Shown here: one piece after another, positions 46,708 to 56,294 of the stretch | Layout of the letters: every line of letters begins with the position of its first letter | How positions within the stretch are numbered: position 1 is the first letter of the stretch | Assembly: GCA_051418015.1 (NCBI GenBank) | Contig: JBPRGF010000017.1 | Coordinates: forward strand, 160,001 to 224,000 | Source: Candidatus Nitrospinota bacterium M3_3B_026 | GTDB taxonomy: Bacteria > Nitrospinota_A > UBA7883 > JBPRGF01 | Length of the DNA: 64,000 bases | Direction: 5' to 3' | The notes under the pieces: model-generated | Databases searched by the model: none | What the model saw: the letters and a program-made list of their open reading frames with translations, nothing else | What the model was told of the DNA's origin: nothing | Made by a program: the position numbers and the translations under genes

Positions 46708-47072
46708 GAAATTAGAGGAGCCCATGTTATTTTTTTGGTCTTACAATTTCCCTAAATTAGATCAAAATTTAAGGGAGTTAACATATCACTTTAACTAATT
46801 CTAGTTTATTTCTAATATAAATAAACCAAATATTATGCTAATTATATGTAAAAATCAACAAAAAAAGCGTGGCGAAACGGCTATGGGGGGAGCTTGTTCT
46901 CAATTGAAAAAGGCTGCCCTTGCGCCGGGAAGGCGAGCAAATCTCCTTTAAAGGGAGGAGAATCGGGGCCTGTTTTGCCTTCGCCGCTGCGGACACGGCG
47001 CTGAAAAAAGCTCTTTTTTCAGCAGTTACGGGGCGGCGTCATCCGGCGCTCCGGTGGCGCGGCCAAGCGCCG

Positions 47073-47528
47073 TCAGGGCTGCAGCCCGCCCGCCTGGCTA
47101 TCCCACGTGAAGGGGCCGTCATCACAGTTGGTGTGATCGGCCGTGGCGCTCCAGCCGTTCGTGTTTCCGGCCGAGGCATCGAGTGTCACGCCGTCAGACC
47201 AGAAAAACTCCGGGAAGTTGCTGGACCCGTCGCCGTTCCTGGCCACGACAAGGTATGTGTCGTGGTCGTAGTAATAGGCCTCCTGGCTGATGGCCAGATT
47301 GGCCAGGTCGGACTTGATCCTGGCGCAGTAGCTTTGCTTGCGATACTCGGAAAACTGCGTGATGGCGATGGCGGCGAGAATGCCGACTATGGCCACCACG
47401 ATCAAAAGCTCCACCAGCGTAAACCCTTCTTTCGAGAGAGCGGAGAAAGAAGACCGGCGGCTCGATGAAACGCTCCGCGCCGGCTGGCCTTCACTCTCGA
47501 CAGCCGGCATAATATCTGTCGGTCGCAT
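47073..47528 (-). CDS. Type IV pilin (PilA-like)
   Basis: Prepilin cleavage G|FTLVELLIVVAIVGILAAIA; SDL.N. Confidence 0.92.
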   Translation of the reverse strand: MRPTDIMPAVESEGQPARSVSSSRRSSFSALSKEGFTLVELLIVVAIVGILAAIAITQFSEYRKQSYCARIKSDLANLAISQEAYYYDHDTYLVVARNGDGSSNFPEFFWSDGVTLDASAGNTNGWSATADHTNCDDGPFTWDSQAGGLQP

Positions 47529-47559
47529 CCGTAGCTCCTTTGCGTTTATAGCGATTTAC

Positions 47560-47574
47560 GCAAAACCCGTTCCA
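47560..47574 (-). promoter_or_regulatory. Sigma54 -24/-12 promoter of the pilin
   Basis: TGGAACGGGTTTTGC (GG-N10-GC) 31 nt upstream of the ATG; AAGGAG RBS. Confidence 0.7.
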
Positions 47575-47735
47575 AGCGGGCATGAACGGGAGTGAAAGCG
47601 TAATAAATCAAGCAACTCGTGATTCGGCGCGCCCGGAGCCGGGTGGAGTGAAATTACAATTATTGGCAAAGGTCTTCGTTATTGACAAATATCGTCATTG
47701 CCAGCCCCGCTCGCGTTGTATTCGCGCCGTGGAAG

Positions 47736-49280
47736 CTAGCTTCCACCCAGCTTGCGCCTCAGAACATCAAGAGCCTCGCCGATCTGCGCCGAGCCGGGGC
47801 TTCTCCGCTCCCCCTCCTCCAGCGTCTTCAAGGCCCTGTCCACCCTTCCCGCCTTCAGCGCCCGCTCCGCGCAAAACATGACGACCTGCTCGTCGGCGGG
47901 GCTCAACGCCAGGAGGTCCTCCGCCACGGTGTCCACCAGCCCGTCCTCCCCGGTCATCACCGAGAGCCACTCCTTCATCCACGAGCCGCCCCTGTACCCC
48001 GAGTCGTACAACTTCCCATATACCAGGTCCGCCGTCCTGGCAAAACCTCGGGCCGCCGCCTGCCGGGCCAGGAGAACAGCCGCGTCGGCCACCCTGGGGA
48101 TCCTCAGCCGCAGCCTGTTTTCCGAAAATTCCCCGGCGATCCGGCCTATCCCCTCCCAGTCGCCGATGTTGAAGCGATGGACCATTTCCCCGACCATGGC
48201 TTCGGGTGGCGCCTGCGCGCTTTTTGGCCCCGGCGCGGCCCTTCGCCCTTTTTTCTCCAGCAGGCCAACGTAGACCCTCTCATACTCTTTTATCATCCTT
48301 TCGGCGGTGAACCTTTTCTCCACGGTCTCCCTGGCGGCGCGGCGCATCTTCTCCCACCTGTCTGAGCCGTGAAGGGAGATCGCCTCGCGTATGACGCGGA
48401 CGGCGGAGGCCCTGTCCGAGGCGTCGACGACCCAGCCGTCCTTTCCGTGGGTTACGATCTCCGCCATGCCGCCGTCATCCGAGACTATTGGGAGGCACCC
48501 GGAGGCCATGGCCTCCAGCGCTACCAGGCCGAAAGGCTCCTTTTTCGACAGCAGGACCATCAGGTCAGCCCGGCGGAAAAGGGCCGCCATATCCGTTCTC
48601 AGGCCGAGAAACGTTACCCCATCCGTGGACGCCCCCTCCTGGCCACGGCCCGCCATCCATATCTGTATCCCGTCTCCGGCGCCGGGTATGTCGCCCGCCA
48701 GCTCGTCCAGGTGAAAGTGTTTCGGTTTCTCTCTCCGGCTCGGCTCGACGAGTATTATCCCGCCCTCCCCTTTCGGCTCGTTCCTGAAGGGGAAATCTTC
48801 GATATCCACGCCGTTGTGTATGACCACGGCCCTTTCGGGGTCGGGCTGGGCGCGGCGGACGGTCTCCGAGACGCATATGGAGACGTCTATCTCCGGATAC
48901 ATCTGGCCCGGCTCGACAAGGTGCATAAGCTCCACCAGGACGGGAACCCGCGCAAGACGCGCTGCCTCGCACACGAGGGGGTCGAACCCGCCGGAAAACT
49001 GCGCCACCTCCGCCTCCGAGAATATTTCGATAAGCGCCGCGAAACGTTTTTCGCCCCCGGTGAAAACGCGGGGTATGGACGGATCGTAGCGCGCCTGGCC
49101 GGGCTTTTCGGACTCCGTCACGACGAACACGGGGTCGAACAGGCCCCTGTCCAGGCGTCTGTGATACAAAGTGTCCATTCTCTCCACGCCGCCTCCTATG
49201 CCTGCGGCGAAGGAGCAGTGGACAAGTCTTATCGGCTTTTCAGGGTCGCGCGCGTTAATGCCGCCTTGCTGATGAAGCAT
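47736..49280 (-). CDS. GT4 family glycosyltransferase with helical C-terminal domain
   Basis: GGVER, IHNGVD, EPFGLVALEAMASG. Confidence 0.88.
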   Translation of the reverse strand: MLHQQGGINARDPEKPIRLVHCSFAAGIGGGVERMDTLYHRRLDRGLFDPVFVVTESEKPGQARYDPSIPRVFTGGEKRFAALIEIFSEAEVAQFSGGFDPLVCEAARLARVPVLVELMHLVEPGQMYPEIDVSICVSETVRRAQPDPERAVVIHNGVDIEDFPFRNEPKGEGGIILVEPSRREKPKHFHLDELAGDIPGAGDGIQIWMAGRGQEGASTDGVTFLGLRTDMAALFRRADLMVLLSKKEPFGLVALEAMASGCLPIVSDDGGMAEIVTHGKDGWVVDASDRASAVRVIREAISLHGSDRWEKMRRAARETVEKRFTAERMIKEYERVYVGLLEKKGRRAAPGPKSAQAPPEAMVGEMVHRFNIGDWEGIGRIAGEFSENRLRLRIPRVADAAVLLARQAAARGFARTADLVYGKLYDSGYRGGSWMKEWLSVMTGEDGLVDTVAEDLLALSPADEQVVMFCAERALKAGRVDRALKTLEEGERRSPGSAQIGEALDVLRRKLGGS

Positions 49281-49345
49281 TCTTTATTTTAATCCGCCAG
49301 TGGAGGAGAAGGCCAGAACGGGCCGCCCTGGTATAAAATCAAGAG

Positions 49346-50422
49346 ATGGACGCCGGAACATTTCTGGAGCGATGGGCCGTAAAACCCGTCGAGCGGCGCG
49401 ACCGCGAGTTCTACCTGCTGGCCCTGCCTGCGGCGGTGGCCTTGGTGGGGCTTGCGCCATACGTCTTTCAGCTTCTGTTCTTCCCTGGCGCCGGAGGTCT
49501 CCTGAGGCTTTCGGCGCAGGTGGCGGCGGGGGCGCTGATGATCGGGGTGATCTGCTACGCCCTTACAAGGCTTCTTTCGCGCCCCCGCTGGTGGGGGCCG
49601 AAGAGAAGCCGCTGGCCGCTCCTGACGCATCTTCTCCTGCTGTGGACGCCCACGGCGCTGCTGGTGGACGCGCCCCTTCGCCTTACCGAGTTGTCCATGA
49701 TAGACCCCGGCGTCTCCTGGGCGAGCGTGGCGCCTTACATCCTGGGGGTGTCCATGGGGCGGACGTTCCTGTTCGCCGGGGGGATAGTCTTCTACGAGCG
49801 GCTGATGGGCGCCGTGGAGGAGGCGATGGATCATCGCCAGCGCGCCTTGTGGCTGGAGACGCAGACGTTGAAAAACCTTATACAGCCGCACTTTCTTCTC
49901 AACAGCCTGAACGCCGTCCGCGCCTACATGGAAGAATCCCCCGCCGACGCGGAGAAAATGCTCCTGCGACTCACCTCGCTTCTGCGCAAGGTGATCCAGA
50001 ACTCCTCGAAGGAGAGGACGACAGTCGCCGAGGAGATCGACGTGATAAAGGACTACGCCGCGGTCATGCGTTACCGCTACGAGACGGATGTCAGGCTGCA
50101 GACGGACGGTGTGGACGGCTCGCCGGTCAGGATACCCCCGCTGATTCTTTTCACCCTGGTGGAAAACTCGTTCAAACACGGTTTCAGCGGCAGGAGGGAG
50201 GGGAGCCTGAAGATAAGCATGGAGGCGGGCAAGAGGGTCAGGCTCATGGTAAACGACGACGGGAGGCCGGAGGGAGGCCCCGGCGAGGCCGGGGGGCTGG
50301 GCGGGCAATACATCCGCGCCAGGCTGGAACTGGCCTACGGCGACGACTACTCCTTCCAGAGCGGCAGGCTCGCCGACGGTCATTACGAGGCGGTCATCGA
50401 GATACCATGGGAGGGGGCATGA
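49346..50422 (+). CDS. LytS-type membrane histidine kinase
   Basis: N-terminal TMs; IQPHFLLNSLN, LVENSFKHG. Confidence 0.9.
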   Translation: MDAGTFLERWAVKPVERRDREFYLLALPAAVALVGLAPYVFQLLFFPGAGGLLRLSAQVAAGALMIGVICYALTRLLSRPRWWGPKRSRWPLLTHLLLLWTPTALLVDAPLRLTELSMIDPGVSWASVAPYILGVSMGRTFLFAGGIVFYERLMGAVEEAMDHRQRALWLETQTLKNLIQPHFLLNSLNAVRAYMEESPADAEKMLLRLTSLLRKVIQNSSKERTTVAEEIDVIKDYAAVMRYRYETDVRLQTDGVDGSPVRIPPLILFTLVENSFKHGFSGRREGSLKISMEAGKRVRLMVNDDGRPEGGPGEAGGLGGQYIRARLELAYGDDYSFQSGRLADGHYEAVIEIPWEGA

Positions 50423-51120
50423 GGATCGCGATAGTGGAGGACGAGCCGGCGGCGGCGCGCCAGCTCAAGAAGATGCTGGAGCGCGCCCGGGGCCTGGAGG
50501 CGGAGTCGCTTGCCATATGCGGAAGCCTCGGCGAGGCCCGGGAGGCGGCGCGGCGGGGGCTGGACCTTCTCTTCCTGGACATAAACCTGATGGGCGAGTC
50601 GGGCTTCGGTGTATTCGACGAGGAGTACGAGCAACCCTTCCAGACGATCATCACGACGGCCTACCCGGAGCACGCCCTCCACGCCTTCGAGCGGGGCGCG
50701 CTCGACTACCTTGTAAAACCCTTCTCCCAGGAGAGGCTGGAGAAGGCCCTTGATCGGGTCCGCAAAACCAGGCCCGGCGAAAGACCGGGCCTGCGCAGAA
50801 TCGTCGTAAAGGACAGGGGGGAGATAATCCCGGTCAACGTGGATGATATAACCCTGATAAGAAGCGCAGGGGACTACTGCGAGCTTTTCCTTAAGGACGG
50901 GGCGCGGACGCTCTGCTCCAAGCGAATGGATTACCTGGAAAAAAGCCTGCCGGAGGACTTCATGAGAATACACAGAACCGCCATCGTCCGGCTCTCGGAG
51001 GTGACCGGCCTGAGGGCGGCGGGAGGCGGGCGGTATCTCGCCATTGTGGGCGAGGCGCAGGAGCCGGTCCCCGTGGGCAGAAAGTATCGCAGGCGGCTGA
51101 GGGAAAAACTCGGCGAGTAA
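50419..51120 (+). CDS. LytTR family response regulator
   Basis: MRIAIVEDE, FLDI, TTAY, DYLVKP, FMRIHRT, VGRKY; ATGA overlap with the kinase. Confidence 0.92.
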   Translation: MRIAIVEDEPAAARQLKKMLERARGLEAESLAICGSLGEAREAARRGLDLLFLDINLMGESGFGVFDEEYEQPFQTIITTAYPEHALHAFERGALDYLVKPFSQERLEKALDRVRKTRPGERPGLRRIVVKDRGEIIPVNVDDITLIRSAGDYCELFLKDGARTLCSKRMDYLEKSLPEDFMRIHRTAIVRLSEVTGLRAAGGGRYLAIVGEAQEPVPVGRKYRRRLREKLGE

Positions 51121-51279
51121 AAAAAGAAAAAGGGCCTTTGAAAACCGCCCTATAACAAGGAGAATCCCCATTCCCCGTTTTTTTGTCGCCGGGCGGTCCT
51201 AAAGGCCCTTTTCGCGTGGAGACCTTTTCGCCTAGTCTCTTGATTACAAATTACACCCGGAAAAGCGCTCTCTCAACCA

Positions 51280-51317
51280 ATACTCGGCGAACGGCGCTTA
51301 TACTCGGCAAACGGCGC
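51280..51317 (+). repeat. Tandem 18-bp direct repeat, possible LytTR operator
   Basis: ATACTCGGCGAACGGCGC / ATACTCGGCAAACGGCGC at 20-bp period. Confidence 0.5.
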
Positions 51318-51372
51318 CGGGGGGATGATATGACGGGTCATATGTCCACTCGGGCGGCCGCGGGGGGGTTTG

Positions 51373-51654
51373 TCAATACCTGACGCCAAACGAGGAGAAC
51401 TCGCCCGCCGGCTTCTCCCATTCCACGTCCACGCCGCTCACGCGCGCGGCGGGAGGGCCCTTGTGGAGCCAGCGCAACAATTTTTCGGCCCTGTCGCGTG
51501 GGCCTTCGGCGACAACCTCCACGCGCCCGTCAGGGGTGTTCCTGACCCAGCCCGTCAGCCCGCCTATGGACTCCGCAGTCTCCACGGTGTTCGCCCGGAA
51601 AAAGACCCCCTGCACAAGGCCGGAGACGAACACGTGGGCTCTCACCTTGTCCAT
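51373..51654 (-). CDS. acyP: Acylphosphatase
   Basis: VSGLVQGVFFR, GWVRN..DGRVE. Confidence 0.93.
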   Translation of the reverse strand: MDKVRAHVFVSGLVQGVFFRANTVETAESIGGLTGWVRNTPDGRVEVVAEGPRDRAEKLLRWLHKGPPAARVSGVDVEWEKPAGEFSSFGVRY

Positions 51655-51688
51655 CCGTCCCCCCGCGAAAACTCAGGTTTCTGGAAAA

Positions 51689-51764
51689 TGGTGGGCGGAG
51701 CGGGGCTCGAACCCACGACCCCTTGCTTGTAAGGCAAGCGCTCTCCCAGCTGAGCTATCCGCCC
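51689..51764 (-). tRNA. tRNA-Val (TAC)
   Basis: GGGCGGATAGCTCAGCTGGGAGAGCGCTTGCCTTACAAGCAAGGGGTCGTGGGTTCGAGCCCCGCTCCGCCCACCA; cloverleaf with encoded CCA. Confidence 0.97.
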
Positions 51765-51830
51765 TTCGAACTTTTCATTATACAGCCGTAGTCACGGGCG
51801 GCAAAGACCGGAGCGCGCGCGGCGGCGGAT

Positions 51831-52802
51831 TCACCCCAGCCGTTCGTAGCGGATCCGCATGTTGCCAAGGTCGGAGCCTTCGTGCTCGAAGTAGTCGAAA
51901 ATCTGTATCTTGAAATCGCCGTCCTTCGTCCGCAGGCCGTAGACGGCGCCGTTGGGGTGGATGTCGTGCTTGCCGTCTATGTTGTAGCGGTACCACTTTG
52001 GGTTTCTGAAGATGGAGCCGTACTCATCCATGAAATAGGCGACGGAGTCCGACGCGCTCTCAACCTCGCTCCACTTCGCGCCGTACTTGTTCGAGCCAAT
52101 GGCTCCCGCCCTGCCGGGGCCGCTGACGCCGCTGTTGAGATAGATTTTCTCCCCGGCGTGTTTCATGTCCCACCCCGGCCCCTCCACCACGGCGGCGGCC
52201 TCGCCGGAGCGGAAGCTGAAGACCTCGCCCGGTTTTATCACCGCCGTTTGCTCCTCGCCCAGCGGCGCGTCCTTGTCCGGCTGGAAGGCGTACTGGATCG
52301 TAATCGTCATCCCATCCCCGCCGAGGCTCCGGACCCTCATCTTGGCGTAGCTTTCCCCGTCGGCCAAGCGGAGCTTCCAGCCCTTGATGGCGGGCGCCCA
52401 TCCGTCCCCGCGCGGCTCGCGCCAGCCGAAGATGGCGGGCTCGACCCCCTCGGGGACCAGCTTCGCGTCCTCGGGGATATTCTCGACGGCGTCGAACTTT
52501 TTCAGCAGATCCTCGTCGGTGAGTTTTAAAAATTCGTCCCTTGTGACGGAAAAGGGAGGGTCTATGCAGGCGCCGGTGATCCCGCCAGGCCCGGCGGGGC
52601 CGCCGTTCGCGCATATCACGGAGCGCTTGACCGCTATATGCCATTCGAGGCTCTCCCGCGCCCTCTCCGCCGTGATGTCCAGCCTCTCCCCCGTGACAAG
52701 GCTGAAGTACTGGTAATCCTCCCCCTCGACGCTCCCCCCGGCCACCAGCCCCTCGGGAGCGAGAACGGTCAAATCCTTGACTGTCATTTTCAAAAACTCC
52801 AT
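51831..52802 (-). CDS. HmuY-like protein (two domains)
   Basis: Two copies of YFS/FSF..WH/WD..NGG/NSG.SGPG..and K(M/I)(R/Q); WYRYN..H. Confidence 0.6.
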   Translation of the reverse strand: MEFLKMTVKDLTVLAPEGLVAGGSVEGEDYQYFSLVTGERLDITAERARESLEWHIAVKRSVICANGGPAGPGGITGACIDPPFSVTRDEFLKLTDEDLLKKFDAVENIPEDAKLVPEGVEPAIFGWREPRGDGWAPAIKGWKLRLADGESYAKMRVRSLGGDGMTITIQYAFQPDKDAPLGEEQTAVIKPGEVFSFRSGEAAAVVEGPGWDMKHAGEKIYLNSGVSGPGRAGAIGSNKYGAKWSEVESASDSVAYFMDEYGSIFRNPKWYRYNIDGKHDIHPNGAVYGLRTKDGDFKIQIFDYFEHEGSDLGNMRIRYERLG

Positions 52803-52905
52803 TTACTCGCCGTTTCGGTTTTGAACTTGTTTCAATGGTTAGATGCGTTCCAACGATAACACGTTTCGCCCCGGAGGGGACATGCGGCGGGAAAAACGGA
52901 GGTGG

Positions 52906-54030
52906 CTACCCCTTGACGTTTATGATCGGTTTCAGGTGGTGGATCACCTCCACCATATCCTTCTGCCGCTCGAGGACTTCGTATATGTTTTTGTAGGCGC
53001 CCGGCGCCTCGTCGAGGGTGGAGCCGCGGACGCGGGATGTTATCCCTTCCATGTCTTTTCTGAACTGGTCCATGGTTATCGTCCTTTTCGCCTCCCTGCG
53101 GGAGACGGCCCTGCCCGCGCCGTGGGAGCTTGAGCAGAGGCTTTTTTCATATCCCTTCCCCACGACGACGAAGCTGCCGTCCCGCATGTTGCCGGGGATG
53201 ACGCCCTCCATGCCCTTCTCGGCGTGGGTGGCGCCCTTCCTGTGTATCCAGAGCCCGTTTTTGAACTCGGCGTGGTTGTGATGCCTGTTGATGAAATGAA
53301 GAATCTCCGGCTTCTCGCTCGGGCGGACGTAGTAGTATATTTCCCTTAACACCCGCTCCAGTATCTTCTTCCTGTTCTCCAGGGCGAACGCGAGGCAGAA
53401 GTTCATGTCCGTTATGTAGTCCTTGCCGCGGTCAGAGTCGGCGCGGAAGCCGTAATGGCCCTCCCTGGGCCTGTCGGAGCCGGCGGCCATGGCCATGTAC
53501 GTGGCGGCGGTGTTCCAGCCGATGTGCCTGCTGCCGGAGTGGACGACTACCCAGACGCGCCCCTCCTCGTCGTGGTCCACCTCGATGAAATGGTTGCCCC
53601 CGCCGAGGGTGCCAAGCTGCTTGAGGCCGTTCTCTTTTTTCCATATCTTCGCCAGGATGGAGGTCATGGGGATATCGCCGTAGTCCCAGGGCTCCGGCCT
53701 CTTGTTGTGGGCGAAGCCGGTGGGGACGGCGCGGTATATCCCGTAGAAGATTTTTTCCCTGTTCTGGACGACCTCCTCCTTTTTCAACGGAGTCCTGGCG
53801 GCCAGCATCCCGCAGCCGATGTCGTAGCCCACCCACGCGGGAAGGATCACCCCGTCCGTGGCCACGACGGCCCCGATCGGCAACGAATAGCCAAGGTGCG
53901 CGTCGGGCAGGAGAACGCCCTTGACTGAAAAATCCTGTTCCATGGCGGCCCGGAACTGCCGCATAGTGTCCGGATCGACGTCTTCGGCGAAGATGTTGAT
54001 TTCCTTGGCCAGACCTTTCATTCCCCCCAC
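52906..54030 (-). CDS. rtcB: RtcB family RNA ligase
   Basis: PDAHLG, DIGCG, GGGNHFIE, HSGSR, HRKGAT, HGAGR, DEAPGAYK, NVKG. Confidence 0.93.
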   Translation of the reverse strand: MGGMKGLAKEINIFAEDVDPDTMRQFRAAMEQDFSVKGVLLPDAHLGYSLPIGAVVATDGVILPAWVGYDIGCGMLAARTPLKKEEVVQNREKIFYGIYRAVPTGFAHNKRPEPWDYGDIPMTSILAKIWKKENGLKQLGTLGGGNHFIEVDHDEEGRVWVVVHSGSRHIGWNTAATYMAMAAGSDRPREGHYGFRADSDRGKDYITDMNFCLAFALENRKKILERVLREIYYYVRPSEKPEILHFINRHHNHAEFKNGLWIHRKGATHAEKGMEGVIPGNMRDGSFVVVGKGYEKSLCSSSHGAGRAVSRREAKRTITMDQFRKDMEGITSRVRGSTLDEAPGAYKNIYEVLERQKDMVEVIHHLKPIINVKG

Positions 54031-54160
54031 CTCCGGAACCGGGTTCGACCGTTTTCGCCTTCCGTCATTCTCTCGAAACCATCCATATGTATATTCTAAG
54101 CCCTTCCGGCGAAGACTGGGGAGTGTGTTCCTGAATTTCCGCCCGGCGCTGGGCGCGCTT

Positions 54161-55045
54161 TCAGGAGGAGAAGAGGACGGAAAGGTCGCCCGTGGAGGCC
54201 AGATGCTGGTCTATCCTTCGCAGAAGGCGGCTCATGGTCTGATCGGAGAGGATATAGCCTGCCTTGGTGACCATGGCGGCGCCGGGCGAGTTCAAGAACA
54301 CGTCCACGCCATACTCGCCCTCCGCCTCGTTGGGGTAGTAGCCGAGGATCCTGGAGAGCGTGTCGGCGAAGTGGATTATGGTCGATATGAGCGGATAGTT
54401 GCTGTCTTTCCACGGGGAGTGGTGGTAGAAAACGGGTATGATCACCCTCGCCGGCAGCCGCCAGTTTTTCAGGGCGAAGGCTCCTATCTCGCTGTGCGAC
54501 GCGCCAATGATCTCCTTCTCCAGCGACCGCGCCTCTACCTGCCGATCCTTCGCCTGGACCATGAGCCTTTCGTATTCCTCCGGCAGTTTCTTGCGCATTA
54601 TGGCGTAGCCGATGTCGTGTATCAACCCTATGAGGAAAAGGGAGGAGACATCGGGCTCGTGAAACTCCTCCCCCAGCATCCGGGCCACGAAGGCCGTCAG
54701 GACGGAATGCTCCCACAGTCCCTTGAAAGACCCTCTTCCCTCCTGCTTGCCGTTCCCGAAGTAGATGGAGAGGGCCGAGGCCAGCACTATGTTCTTCAGT
54801 TCGCTGATCCCGAGGAGGGCCACGGCGTGGTCTATCGACGCCACCCTCCCCAGAAAACCGTAGAAAGGCGAGTTCGCCACCCTCAGCACGCGTGTGGCCA
54901 CGGCCGGATCATGCTCGATTATCGAGACGATCTCGGACAGGTGATAGTTCTCCTTGTTAGACACGTCGATGATGCGAACGGCCGTCGACGGCAGGGCGGG
55001 AAGGGAGTCGAGCGACTCTATTATGTGTTTCAGCCGGGGGTCCAT
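54161..55045 (-). CDS. HDOD domain protein
   Basis: LPALP, DPAV..RVLRVANS, WEHS, GLIHDIG, W.LP, HH. Confidence 0.9.
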   Translation of the reverse strand: MDPRLKHIIESLDSLPALPSTAVRIIDVSNKENYHLSEIVSIIEHDPAVATRVLRVANSPFYGFLGRVASIDHAVALLGISELKNIVLASALSIYFGNGKQEGRGSFKGLWEHSVLTAFVARMLGEEFHEPDVSSLFLIGLIHDIGYAIMRKKLPEEYERLMVQAKDRQVEARSLEKEIIGASHSEIGAFALKNWRLPARVIIPVFYHHSPWKDSNYPLISTIIHFADTLSRILGYYPNEAEGEYGVDVFLNSPGAAMVTKAGYILSDQTMSRLLRRIDQHLASTGDLSVLFSS

Positions 55046-55048
55046 CTT

Positions 55049-56272
55049 TTATCGGCCCTCGCCGCCGCGGCTGGATTTTACGTATTCGTCCAGGTCCAGC
55101 ATCATCGTTTCCAGCTTTCGCGAGACAGGCGCTTTCGCCTGGCCGGGCCTTTCGGCGCCGTTTCCACCGGCGGCGCCCCTCTCGCCCACGTCCCCCGGCC
55201 CCGCCATGGCGCGCGCGCTCTTCACGAGTTCCACGAGCGTCTCCAGGATCCTGTTCTGGGTGGCGATGCTCTTTTCGAACATCTCCGCGAGGCTTTTTTG
55301 GGCTTCCACGAGAGCCGGCAGGGCGGCCTGGCCACCGGTGGTTTCCGGCGCGGCCTTGTCCGCGTGCGGCGGCTCCCTGTCCGGCGCGGAGGGCGGCTGT
55401 TCTTTGGCCTTCTTCTCCTTCCGGCGCTTTTCCAGAGTCTGGCTGTATTTTTGCACCATCTCCAGCAGATCCTGGTCGTTGGCGTACCTGATGACGTCGC
55501 TCAGGAAGTTGGCCGCCCTCAGCGTGTCCTCGCCGGAGTTCCACGCCGCCACCTCGGCGGCGACTTCGCTCATGCATTTGCCCGCCACGGAGCCGGGCGC
55601 GCTTTCCATGAAGGGTTTCTGCCTCACAACGGCCTTCTCGACGGTCCCGTCCCGCAGGATCGGCGGAAGCCATTTTATGCTCCGGTTCAGGAATTTCCTG
55701 CCCGCCTCGTCTATCCTGCGCATGCTCTTTTCGGCGGCCTTCTTCGAGTCGAACATGTTTGGCAGGACCCGGATGTCGCCTGAGTACTGGTTGTTCGCCA
55801 GGATTTTTATCAGCGCGAACCCGTCCGTCATGGAGGTCGGCTCCGGCGTCAGCACCACCAGCACGGCGTCCGCCGCCCTGGAGAAAGCCACGTTCGAGGG
55901 CGCTATCCCCGCCGCCGTGTCGACTATCATGTAGTCGAACCTGTCCAGCTCGTGGAACTGGTACATGAGCGGGGCGTATATGGACTCGTCCACCTTCGTA
56001 AGCTCCTGTATCCCGGAGACACCGGGGATTATCATCACCCCCGGCGTTCCCTCGAACATCACCTCCTCCAGAGACGCGCCCTCATAGAGAAGGTGGTAGA
56101 AGGTAAGCTTTGGCTGGGCGCCGAGGAGGATGTTTATGTTGGCCAGGCCCAGGTCCGCGTCCATGACGACCGTCTTCTTGCCCATCCTGTTCAGGGCGAT
56201 CGCCAGGTTCAGCGAGACATTCGTCTTGCCAACGCCGCCCTTTCCGCTGGAAACGGCTATTATCTTGTCCAT
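55049..56272 (-). CDS. FlhG/FleN-like MinD-family ATPase with C-terminal extension
   Basis: SGKGGVGKT, DADLGLAN, DTAAGI, TPEPTSMTD. Confidence 0.85.
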   Translation of the reverse strand: MDKIIAVSSGKGGVGKTNVSLNLAIALNRMGKKTVVMDADLGLANINILLGAQPKLTFYHLLYEGASLEEVMFEGTPGVMIIPGVSGIQELTKVDESIYAPLMYQFHELDRFDYMIVDTAAGIAPSNVAFSRAADAVLVVLTPEPTSMTDGFALIKILANNQYSGDIRVLPNMFDSKKAAEKSMRRIDEAGRKFLNRSIKWLPPILRDGTVEKAVVRQKPFMESAPGSVAGKCMSEVAAEVAAWNSGEDTLRAANFLSDVIRYANDQDLLEMVQKYSQTLEKRRKEKKAKEQPPSAPDREPPHADKAAPETTGGQAALPALVEAQKSLAEMFEKSIATQNRILETLVELVKSARAMAGPGDVGERGAAGGNGAERPGQAKAPVSRKLETMMLDLDEYVKSSRGGEGR

Positions 56273-56294
56273 AAATACTTTTCTCGCGGCGCCA

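Noticed and set aside
46815..46845. dif-like site (TTATGCTAATT resembles a XerD arm)
   Set aside because: No XerC arm at the required 6-bp spacing.
49300..50418. Long N-terminal extension of the LytTR ORF (606 aa)
   Set aside because: Off-frame overlap with the kinase; the receiver domain begins at ATG 50419.
51689..51764. tRNA-Val as a second island attachment site
   Set aside because: No integrase nearby and no duplicated 3' end found in the window.
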